64,000 bases of DNA. It comes from Azolla caroliniana (lineage: Eukaryota > Plantae > Polypodiophyta). Shown here piece by piece: positions 22,316 to 32,369 of this stretch. The notes under the pieces were generated by a model. The model did no database searches. It was not told where the DNA came from and saw only the letters and a list, made by a program, of their open reading frames with translations. Positions within the stretch are counted from its first letter, which is position 1. Every line of letters starts with the position of its first letter. The DNA lies in the NCBI GenBank assembly GCA_043228905.1, contig JBHGNT010000003.1:20832001-20896000 (forward strand), written 5' to 3'. The position numbers and the translations under genes were made by a program.

Positions 22316-23464
22316 AGAGTCCATACACTCATCACAACTCATTCGGTTCAACACCAGTCTTTAGCCCTTAGCCTACTCCTTGTAATCTTCTTTCTCATAA
22401 TATAATCGCATTCCCATTTCTTATCTCTCACTTATACTTTTCTCTCTCTCGCACTCTCTCCCTCTTTCACTCGCTTTCTATCACTATCGCTATCTCTACC
22501 GCTCTCGCCATCTCTATCGTTATCGTTATCTCTATCGCCATCGCTCTCTCTCTGCTTCCTACTCAAGAGTCACGACAGGTGGGGAATGAAGGCTGGACCG
22601 GTTTTCTCCGTCCCAACACAATTTGGCGCATGCCGGTGGATGCGCGGTTAGGTGGGGGCGGATGTCGTGAAGGAAACCGTCCACAAGCGGAATCGGTGTA
22701 CCGGAGCGTAAAAACCGACTCTTCATGCACGTGTGCCTTAAGTTGTACATAGGAGATCCTAGGTAGATTCGGTAGGTAGGGAGTAAAGGGGAAACGGCTC
22801 CTTCCTTGCCTATAAAAGGAGGGAGACGAGGAGGGTAGAGAGGGAGCGCGGAGAGTCGAGGACGAAGTGTTGTCGGTTTGCGTGCGAAGGCTTCTCTCTC
22901 TCTCTCTCTTTCCTGTTGCAAACGCCATAGCTTCCTTCTGTGCAGGTTTCGGGAGGCTCGCGCTGCTCTGAGGAATGCCCGAGTGCTTCCGGCAGCACCT
23001 CCAACCTACTCTTTCCCCTCTGTGCGTTTACGAGTAGGTATCGGCACCTGTTCGCCGGCCTGTTCGGTTGTAACCGACTTCGTGTTTGTTGTCTTCGTGT
23101 TCTTGTTGTTTGTCTTGTCAATACATACATACTTTCGTGTCTTTCTGTGTCGCTGTCCCATTCGCGTCTTTGCGTCGAAGGGCCGTGTCCCTGTGAATCT
23201 ACGCTCGCACGTAGTGGGTCTCTTCTCTTTCTCTCTTACTCTTCGGTACAGGACCCGCGAGGTCCCGCCTCATTCCACGCCTCCGCGACGAATACCTCGA
23301 CAACGGTTGCTCCCAATACGTATCCGGAAACGCTCTGGTTGGTGTCTTGGCCGATTGCGAGAAAAAGTGAAGCTCGACCTTCCATACTCTGTCTCTCTCT
23401 GGTCCACGACCCCTGTGGTCCCACCCTGGATCTAACACGCGCGCGCAAATTACCGCGACAACGG

Positions 23465-24885
23465 ATGTTTTCGCTCAAGCTATTCTAGATCAAATCGATT
23501 CTTCTTGGGCATCTTGTTCACGATCACAACAATCATGAATAGATTATCTGCAATTCGAATGTCATAATGGATTACTCTTCTTTAAGAATCATTTGTATGT
23601 TCCCAATGGTTCGTGTCGGCTTCGAATAGTACAAAATTGTCATGACACATATACAACCGGACATTTTGGTAGTACTAAAACATTGGATTTAGTACAACGA
23701 TCATTTTGGGGGGCCCGTATGCGAAGTTTTGTTGAAGAATATGTTCGGACATGTGATACATGTTGTAGAGCGAAGATGCTGAGACATCATCCATATGGTT
23801 TGTTGGAGCCATTACCGATCCCAAGCAAACCATGGCAATCTATTTCTCTCGATTTTATCAAAGATCTTCTAGATTCCAGGGGTTTCAATGCAATCTTAAC
23901 AATGGTCGATCGATTCACTAAGATGGCACATTTCGTGCCCTGTACTAAAGAAATTACTAGTGAAGAAACCGCTGGAATTGTTATGCGTGAAGTATTTCGG
24001 CATCATGGTTTCCCTGACAGTATCATCAATGATCGTGGACCGCAATTCCTCTCTAAATTTTGGAAACATCTCTTTAAAATGCTCAAGGTCACCTGCAACC
24101 TCTCCTCCGGCTATCATCCCCAAACAGATGGACAAGCTGAACGTACCAATCAAACATTGCAACAATATCTTCGGTGTTTCCTAAGCTATCAACAAGATGA
24201 TTGGGCAGATATTCTACATTTTGCTGAATTTGCTTATAATATTGGCTATCATCCTCGATGGTGTATGTTAGAAACTCATGAGTTACCCATAAATCCTAGT
24301 GCAGAGGATCATTTGGAGCGGTTACGATGAATTCAGGTAGAACTATCTACCCACCTACATCACGCCTAACAAACACAGAAGGACTATGGGGATCGTAATC
24401 GGCTTCCATCCCCTTTTAATATTGGAGATCGAGTATGGCTATTACGACGGCACATCAAAACTACTCGACCATGTGACAAACTGGATTATTGACAACTTGG
24501 CCCTTTCCGTATTAACGAAAAAATGAATGATGTTACTTTTCGCCTTGATCTTCCTCTGCAACTACGGGTACATCCAATATTTCATAGTTCTCTCCTAGAA
24601 CCCTATCAGGACAGCGCTATCCCAAATCGTATTACACCACCTCCACTCCCGATCGAACTTGAAGATGGACCTGAGTTCGAGGTTGCAGCCATCCTCGACT
24701 CCAAGATTATTCACAACAAGCTCTATTATTTGGTCGATTGGTTCGGATATAGTCTAAGCGAGCGTACTTGGGAACCAATGACGAATTTGGCGAATGCTCG
24801 AGCTCTTCTTGAAGACTTCCATCGTCAATATCCGAACAAACCAGGTCCTCAATCAAAGACGACTCGTAACACTCGTCATTTATAG
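23465..24885 (+). pseudogene. Chromovirus E integrase plus chromodomain (degraded)
   Basis: CHDTYTTGHFG, CDTC, NDRGPQF, FEVAAILDSK...YLVDWFGY; several stops. Confidence 0.92.
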
Positions 24886-24895
24886 GGGGGGATAG

Positions 24896-25698
24896 TGTCA
24901 TGATATAGCATGTTATGGCATTAAAAGGATTTGAACCCATGACATAGTGTCACACGGGTTAAAGCCTTACCATTAAGCTATACATTGTAATATATATTGT
25001 TTTTATTTATTATTTCACTATAGAAAATTGATGTATATTCCAGATTTCTCTGGAACATTCTAGAAACTTCAGGAGTACTCCTGACAACACTATAAAAAGA
25101 GGCAGAAGACATTATTTCAAACCAATTCGGTTCAACGCCAATCTTAAGCCTTCTCGCTACTCTTGTACTTAATCTTCATATAATATATTACCTATTATCA
25201 TCTCTTTTTTTATCGTAATTAGGTTACCCTCATGGTAAGTTGATAGCATTAGAAGCATTGCGTCTTGGGTTCGAAACCCAATTTTCTCACCTCTCTATTA
25301 TATACTTCATATATATCTCTATTTCACTAGATGCCACTGTGGAATGTAGGGGTTGAACCCATGACCACCCGATCTCCATTGGGCAACCTTACCAATTGAG
25401 CTACATCCATCTGGGCGTCTATTATTCTCTCTCTCTCTCTCTCTCTCTCTCCCTCCCTCCCTCCCTCCCTCTTAGTACTAATCCTCATGATACTTTCCTT
25501 CTCTAATAATAATTCTCTTCCCTTCCTCTTAGTACTAATCCTCATGATACTTTCCTTCTCCAATAATAATTCTCTCTATGTTTTTAGTACTATTCCTGAC
25601 AATGTTATGCTTGAGGGAATGTTACACACTCCCTTCCTCTTAGTATTAATCCTCATGATACTTTCCTTCTCTCTCTGTTTTTAGTACTACTCTTGACA
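24896..25698 (+). repeat. Chromovirus E 3' LTR
   Basis: PPT AGGGGGGGATAG then TGTCATGA. HSE 25052-25071, TATA 25091. Ends TGACA at 25601 or 25698 because the junction is duplicated. Confidence 0.8.
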
Positions 25699-26782
25699 AT
25701 GTTATGCTTGAGGGAATGCTTTCGTTGACATGTATGCCAAATGTAATGATTTGGAAAAAACTCGCTTGCTTTTTGATGAACTTCATAGTCAAGATTTGGT
25801 CTCATTGTATTGGATATGTAGGCTAAATGTGCTCAAGTATGAAAAGTACATAAAGTGCTCAAGGGGCTTCTGGTTCAGGATGTATGTGGTTTCTTGGAAT
25901 GCACTAATTTCAGGATATTCCCAACATAGATTTGGCTAGGAAACATGGAATCTCTTTGAACAAAGGCAAAATGACGGTGAGCATGGATATGATAAGGAGA
26001 CACTCATGTGCTATGAGAAAATGTGAGTTGAAGGTGTGCCATTGGATGCCATTACACTGGCTTGTGTCTTGAAAGCTTGTGTTAGCAATGGAGACTACGG
26101 ATGTTTCATGAATATATGTTGAAATTATCCTCAAGGGATTAGAAAAGGAGTTCCTTATTGGTAGGACTTTGGTAACTGATGTTTATGCTAAATATAGCCT
26201 TCTTGCAGAAACTCAACATGTGTCTCTTAAACTCACAAGTAAAGATGTAGTATTGTGGAATGCTTTAATTTCAAGATATACTGAATGTGGGGATGTTGAG
26301 AAGGTAATTTGTTGTATTTAGAAAATCTAACCCATTACTTTGCAGTGTGAAATCATACAATAGTATAGTATTCATCAAACAAATGCATGCTGAGATAATT
26401 AAGAAAGGATTCGACAAATATCTTCTTATTGGCAATTGGATTGATTGAAGTAGCATGTCAAGTTTTTGACAACTTGCCAGTCAAAGATGTGATCATATGG
26501 ACTGCACTAATAATTGGTTATGTAGAACATGAGCATGGTGAGGAAGCACTAAACCTCATGAAGGAGATGCAAACACATAATATCTTGCCAAATACATTTG
26601 TACTTGGTTCTGGCTTGAAAGTTTGTTGTGATACTCGAGATGCTAAGAATGGGGAAAATTGAGGAAATGCTCAATCATTTCTATCAAATGAAGGATCCAT
26701 GGCTAGCCATTGTCTTACACAAGACAGGTTGGGAAGAATTGTCTCTTCTCTATTTCGTATTTTGTATCTGATATGCCTTTTT
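25699..26782 (+). pseudogene. PLS-class pentatricopeptide repeat pseudogene
   Basis: Motifs GNAFVDMYAKC, VVSWNALISGY, DVIIWTALIIGYVEHEHGEEAL across frames, with stops. Confidence 0.85.
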
Positions 26783-26882
26783 NNNNNNNNNNNNNNNNNN
26801 NNNNNNNNNNNNNNNNNNNNNNNNNNNNNNNNNNNNNNNNNNNNNNNNNNNNNNNNNNNNNNNNNNNNNNNNNNNNNNNNNN
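26783..26882. other. Assembly gap (100 N)
   Basis: Run of N; the two sides are unrelated sequences. Confidence 1.
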
Positions 26883-29436
26883 GCATAGCTACAATGTCGA
26901 CCATCCACTTGAAGTTGATTGTCGGTGAGAATGTCGGATGCAGCTCATCTCGGTGTCGGACCCCGGAGTAGACTTGACATTTCTCGCAGCTTTCTGTGAA
27001 CTCCGCGACATCTTTATACATGTTCTTCCACCAATATCTTTGCTTGATTTTCACAAAAGTTGCCCATGTTCCTCGATGTCCAGCCCAATCGGATTCGTGG
27101 AACTCAGACATTATCCGGTTTCGTTGTTCTTTCATCCCGACTACTCGAAGTGGTATCCCATCCGGTCTTTTCGGCGTCCTCCATATTAAACCGTTTTCCA
27201 AGAAGAACTTTTGGACTTGCCTCTTCTTCCTTCGGATCTCGGCTCTCCTTTCTTTATCATTGGTTGAATCCTCGACCTCTTGTAGCATCTTCCCGATCAT
27301 CAAGGTTTCCCCCTCGTATTCTTCTTCCCGGAATTCTCGGATCACGTTCACTCGGCATATGTGTTCCGACGTGAAGTAGTCTTCGGAAACTTCTTCATTA
27401 TCTGATTCGGTTATGTCGTCTTCAAACCGCGCCCTCGATAACATGTCCGCTACCGCGTTGTCCTTCCCCGAGATGTGTCGAACCTCCGGATTAAGTGACT
27501 TGACATATGCAATCCACCTTAGCATAGCCACATCCGGTATCGTACAACACCGCATCATCCCGAGTATCGGAAGACAATCCGTCTCGATCACCACTTCAGC
27601 TCCGATCAAATAATCCCGATCCGATTTTATCGCCGACACGACTCCCCACAATTCTCTTTTGACTTGTGCATATCCGCGTTGCCTTTCGTTGAGGACCTTT
27701 GCTCCAAATCGGATCGGATACCGCGAACCATCCGAGTCGGCTTGATTGATGACCCACCCGATACCGGTTGGACTTGTATCAACCGTTACTATGATTGGCC
27801 GCTCGTAGCTTGGCTTCTTAAGTGATTCCGCCCTCCATAGTGTCTTCTTGAGCTTCCTCATGGCTTTAGTGTGTTCCGGTTTCCACTCGAATTTCTTACC
27901 TTTCCGCAACAAGTGATAGAGCGGGTCCGCTATATGTGCATAGTGCGGAATCCATATGTGATAGAATGCACACGCACCTAGAAACCTTCGGACTTCCGAC
28001 GTTGACTCACATACTTCCTTCATAGCTTGAATCGCATCGATCTTTGTTGGTGACGGTCTTCGGCCGTAGGGTCCACATAGATGTCCGACCACCAATATTT
28101 CTTCTTGCCCGAATGCCGATTTCTCCCCGGAAAGTGTTAGGTGCACATCTTCTAGCTTTCGCAACACTTTCTCGCAATCATGAATATGGTCGACCACGAA
28201 CTTTCGGCATCCCCGATCATCCATAGTCTCATCTTTTTCTTCCACCGCGCATCCTTTCATCGGAATGTCATCTAGAAACGGCATCGTTATCTCCGGGATG
28301 CAATCTCGAAGCACCTTGTTCATCGCGTTCATCATATGTGCAACCGAGTTTGTCGCTCCTTGTGGTAGTGTGCACATTCGAACTAGTCCTATCGGTGTCC
28401 GCATGGTAGTGATGTCTCGGCTCTCCACGGCTAGTTGGAATTGGTCATACCCCGAGTATAGGTCCCCGATGGAGTATATCGCACGTCCGGCAAAAGCTTC
28501 CGCGAATTCGTCCACTATCGGACCGACTCCCGAGTTCCGGATCGTGACCTTGTTCACCGGTTGCAAGTCTTGGATGAATCGGAGTGACCCATTCTTCTTC
28601 GGAACCGTAAACCATCGATTTGAGTACGGAGCACTTGATGGCTCTAGAATCCCCATCGCCACCTTCTCCTTGAGCAAGTCGATGACTTTCGGAATATGCG
28701 CCCGTGGCACCGGAATCGGCTTCAGGTTCCACGGTACATGATCAATCGTGAAAATCACCATCGGCTCCACTATCTTTGGATCAATGCATCCGATCTCCCT
28801 CGATGCGAACGCGAATGCTTTGCCGTGTTGCTCCAACATCTCTCGAAACCGTTTTTCTTCTTCTTGTAAGAGGAACCCACCTCCACCGATCCGAAGTTTC
28901 TTCCGGGTCTCATCTGTGAAGGCATGTCCGATATCCACGGACTTCCGAAGTGTCGGATCTCCCGAGACTTCTTTCTTCTTTTGTTCGCTATCGGCGGGTA
29001 GTGGTCCCGCGGCCGGTTTCACCTTCTTCTCCACGGTCTTGTATTTCGTACTTACCATTGCTTCTTCTTTGCGGAGCGCATCCGGCCCCATTTTCGCAAT
29101 GATCTCGTACATCTCGACCGATTCCACCGGGACTACCCGGTTCCCTTGGCTTTTATCTTCCGCAAGCTCTTCAAGCCGTTGTAGTGTATTCCCATAGAAC
29201 ACTTCCTCGATCACTCCCACGATTTCTTCGTCTTCTTTTATTATTGATGCCGACCGTAACTTATCCTCCACTTGTCGGTATTGTTTCTTCATTCCTCCGG
29301 TTACGGCCGTGTACGTAGATGCCCCATCCGGCCCGATTCGTACTTGTTTTGCTCCGAGAGTTTTCTTCCTGTGTGGGGTATCAGGGCTTCTCGGACTATC
29401 ACTCCCCCACTCCGCAACAGTCCGCTTTAAAAATCC
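26883..29436 (-). CDS. Element C pol (RT-RH-IN N-terminal part), truncated by the gap
   Basis: Open from the slippery site at 29436 to the gap. TMPFLDDIPMKG, VTVDTS, HESDWAGHRG, CEKC. Confidence 0.93.
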
Positions 29437-31466
29437 ATTCTCACTTGGGACAAGAGTTCCCTCTTGTTCCTTTCGTGATTTGCCGGCACCGTTAGGAATT
29501 GGACGGATTTCCCTCCGTTTTGGCTCCGAATTCGCGCAAAAGCCGCACCACTATCGAGCACCTTCGTCTCCATCCGTGAAGCCGTGATAAAGGGTTGGCC
29601 GAGGATGACAGAATGTGAAACCTCATCCTGCACAAAGAAATTTTGGTCAATTTCGACATCCCCGATCTTTACCGTCACATCCGGACAAGCCGCAAATAGG
29701 TCTTCTGTCGTTTTCGTGGCTGCCCGAATCTTCCATCCATGGTTGGTGTTTATAGGCCACTTCCCCTTTCGGTAGAACTCCTTGGACATCAAGTTGATCT
29801 CCGATCCGTGATCAATCAATGCTAGCACGGGTTCTTTGATGTTGCCGATTCGGACCGGAGTCTCCGTAGTCGCACGTGCCCAGTGTGGCTTTGTATAGTG
29901 GGAGTTCGGAATTTCGCCTTCCACTTCGGTGTCGTTCATTGAAACGGTATTTGCATTCACCCTTGGAGCATTTTCCTCCGTACTTTGTCTCTTCCTTTTT
30001 ACGAGATCCACGAGAAGATCGTGAAACTCCTTCTTCGCTATTCCGAGTAGTTCCCGCAGCGAAAAATCTACCCGGCTATCCAAGATTCTTTCCTCGAACA
30101 CTCTTTTCAAGTCGGTTTGTTGTTCTATGTCCGAGGCGAGCTTGAATGACGGAGTCGCCTTTTCTTTTCCCTTACCTCCGGAGTTCCAGCTTTCCGGTAT
30201 CTTCGATGGCCCGGCCGCATCCTCCGTGCGCCGTCGTTTCTCGTCCACATACACCTCATGTAATTGACACAGGGCGTATATGCTATTCTTGTCAACAGGG
30301 CACTCCCATCCCGTAGCTTCCCGGACGCCTTCCGCGGTGTTTCGGATATCGTTGGAGTCGGTTTTCTCGGTGTTTCCTAGCACCTCCGGCCAGAAAGACG
30401 CCTTCGCTTCCGTTGACTCCCCGACACATATTCCCGCGGTTGTCGCATAGTTGCTTCTTGCCGCTAACTCCTCCTCGAGCACCTTCTTCATGCCGCCTTT
30501 CCGGAAGTTCGGTCGGAGTGGCTTCCGAGAGTCCATCGAATGAATCCGGTTTCCCTCGTAGTAGATGAGATCCCGTCGTAGCGCCTCCTTATGGTCGTCG
30601 CAATCCCTCCGATCGTGTTCGGCGCTATCGCACCATATGCACCGTCGATCCGTATATTTGGAGCTTGTGGGGCGGTCATCCGACTTCTTCACCATCGCGA
30701 TCTTTAGATTCTCCATCTCCTTCAGCAGCTGCTCCACCGTAGACGCGTCGACTCCCTTCTCGGCCGTAATCTCCCGAGCCCTCGGTTGATGGTCTTCCAA
30801 TCCCGTTCTCGGTTTCGGAATCGGTTCCGAAACCCTCTTTTCTTCGTTGGCAAGCCATTGCCCCCTCTTCGTGTACCGCGCGACGATATCCCGCACGCTT
30901 TCCCATGTTTCGGTGAGGCCGCTTTCAGTGGTCGTGTCCTCAAGAAGCACTCCGAGATCTTTCCGGTCCCGGACGTCCACAGCTCGCAAAAACATGATGA
31001 CTTTGTCCGGTGCAAGAATAGTTTGATCTCTCGCGGACAACCTCCCGAACCGACTTTCGAATGTCGAAAACACTTCGAGGACCTTCAGCCCCTTACCTGA
31101 CGTTTCCACCCAATCCTCGAATCCCCTCCGCGTTGCCTTGGAGGAGTCCTCGATGGCAAACGTGGTCTTTAACGCCTCTTCGAATGCTTCCCACGTCGGA
31201 TTTTGTTGTTGCAACCCGTGGATACTCCCTTGAAGCCCGTCGGTCGCCACCCGGTTAAAGGATGTCACTTGCAGTCCTTCCGAAGCCCGGCACCGGAGCA
31301 TCTCCGCCTTGTAGTCCTGCAAATATCGCGACACATCCTTACCATTAAATTGCCCGTTGCGTTGCACGAGCCGCTCTACTGATGCCGAAATCTCCGACAT
31401 CGTGCGTTGTTCTTGAAGCATCCGTTCGAACATCGCCATCATATTGTTAGCTTGTTGAGCCTCCAT
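29427..31466 (-). CDS. Element C Gag-protease
   Basis: First ATG after the PBS. CIWCDSAEHDRRDC knuckle and ALIDHGSEINLM protease. Ends MDF-stop. Confidence 0.92.
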   Translation of the reverse strand: MEAQQANNMMAMFERMLQEQRTMSEISASVERLVQRNGQFNGKDVSRYLQDYKAEMLRCRASEGLQVTSFNRVATDGLQGSIHGLQQQNPTWEAFEEALKTTFAIEDSSKATRRGFEDWVETSGKGLKVLEVFSTFESRFGRLSARDQTILAPDKVIMFLRAVDVRDRKDLGVLLEDTTTESGLTETWESVRDIVARYTKRGQWLANEEKRVSEPIPKPRTGLEDHQPRAREITAEKGVDASTVEQLLKEMENLKIAMVKKSDDRPTSSKYTDRRCIWCDSAEHDRRDCDDHKEALRRDLIYYEGNRIHSMDSRKPLRPNFRKGGMKKVLEEELAARSNYATTAGICVGESTEAKASFWPEVLGNTEKTDSNDIRNTAEGVREATGWECPVDKNSIYALCQLHEVYVDEKRRRTEDAAGPSKIPESWNSGGKGKEKATPSFKLASDIEQQTDLKRVFEERILDSRVDFSLRELLGIAKKEFHDLLVDLVKRKRQSTEENAPRVNANTVSMNDTEVEGEIPNSHYTKPHWARATTETPVRIGNIKEPVLALIDHGSEINLMSKEFYRKGKWPINTNHGWKIRAATKTTEDLFAACPDVTVKIGDVEIDQNFFVQDEVSHSVILGQPFITASRMETKVLDSGAAFARIRSQNGGKSVQFLTVPANHERNKRELLSQVRMDF

Positions 31467-31482
31467 CTCCTTGCCACCCGTC

Positions 31483-31500
31483 TTCACGTCGGGTTCACCA
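31483..31500 (-). promoter_or_regulatory. tRNA-Trp PBS (element C)
   Basis: TGGTGAACCCGACGTGAA on minus, 4 nt from the LTR. Confidence 0.88.
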
Positions 31501-32166
31501 ACTGTGTCGTGCCTTTCGGCTCCGGATCGTTGCGTGAGTCGGGTGGGAACCACAGAGGTCTTGGACTAGGAGAAAGAAGTTCAAGAGATAGAGATTAATT
31601 ATGAGTAAATAGCAAAGAGAAAGATAAGAAACTCGTGAATCACACGAGTATACTATATTAATTGGTACTTAGGGTGTTAAGAGAGAAGTAGACGTATAAA
31701 TCGTGAATCCCACGAATAATTTTTGTATTGATTAATACTTAATCCAAATAATCAACAACCACTACAATGTGCTCCCCATCCTTATATAGTGATGGGAGAG
31801 ACTAAGCATAGCTACATGCTTTTTCTCATATGTTCATGCACCCTAAATGTGCATGTGATGCTTTTTTTTTTATTATTATTTCCTAAGTATAGGGCTCACG
31901 CACGCTAGATGTGCATGAGTTATTTTTTTAGTGTCTCGTGCTTTTTCTTTTTCATATATTAAAGAAATACACGATTTACCTTTTAATAAAGGTATGCATA
32001 AATAAAGGTCTTATACATATTAAATCTATATTTAAAACACTTAAGATAAGTTAATGTAATGGTAAGGTTGGGGTTTGTCAACGTGGAGGTGCAAAGTTCG
32101 AATCACGCCCTGCGCAGTAGTGAGTATTTCCTTTCTTTTTACATTTATGTCTCTTTATCCGGCTCT

Positions 32167-32285
32167 TCCTTGCCGGTATGCCGTTTTTCCTCCTTGCCGG
32201 TATGCCGTTTTCCTCCTTGCCGGTATGCCGTTTTTCCTCCTTGCCGGTATGCCGTTTTCTTCCTCCTTGCCGGTATGCCGTTTTC
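32167..32285 (+). repeat. Five tandem 22-26-bp units in C LTR
   Basis: TCCTTGCCGGTATGCCGTTTT repeated. Confidence 0.9.
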
Positions 32286-32369
32286 TTCCGGTTCTCACCG
32301 AGCACTCCATTCTCTATCCGGAGGGACAAAAATATAATTTCCACATAGTGTGCAACCTACACTACGACA

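Larger units (their letters stand above)
17192..22577 (+). mobile_element. Element D: chromodomain-bearing Ty3/gypsy (Tcn1-like chromovirus) with truncated 5' LTR
   Basis: 5' LTR remnant 17192-~17240 equals the start of 3' LTR 22031-22577. PPT AAAAGGGGGGATAA. 5-bp TSD GGCGG/GGTGG. Confidence 0.92.
10928..23302 (+). mobile_element. Element B: full-length Trp-primed Ty3/gypsy (non-chromovirus), inactivated by stops; hosts chromovirus D
   Basis: 640-bp LTRs 10928-11567 and 22663-23302 (about a dozen differences by eye). TSD ACGG (10924-10927 / 23303-23306). PBS 11572-11589. PPT AGGTGGGGGCGGA before 22663. Confidence 0.96.
5406..23460 (+). mobile_element. Element A: non-autonomous Trp-family LTR element (gag remnant plus repeat array, no pol); hosts a solo LTR and element B
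   Basis: TG..CA ends and 4-bp TSD ACGG (5402-5405 / 23461-23464). 5' LTR 5406-~6184 is near-identical to 3' LTR 10167-10927, which continues at 23307-23460. PPT AGTGGGGGCGGA before 10167. Confidence 0.9.
26883..32369 (-). mobile_element. Element C: Trp-primed Ty3/gypsy, ORFs intact up to the gap, inserted in Copia F
   Basis: 5' LTR 31505-32369 (TGTCGTAG...CACGACA on minus), flank ACGT at 32370-32373, PBS 31483-31500, two stop-free ORFs. Confidence 0.93.

Noticed and set aside
26671-26882. C-terminal tail of the 873-aa ORF
   Set aside because: Artefact of translating through the N gap into antisense PPR sequence.
32075-32369. Hydrophobic repeat N-terminus (env-like) on the Copia RT ORF
   Set aside because: It is the minisatellite in the C LTR read across the insertion junction.
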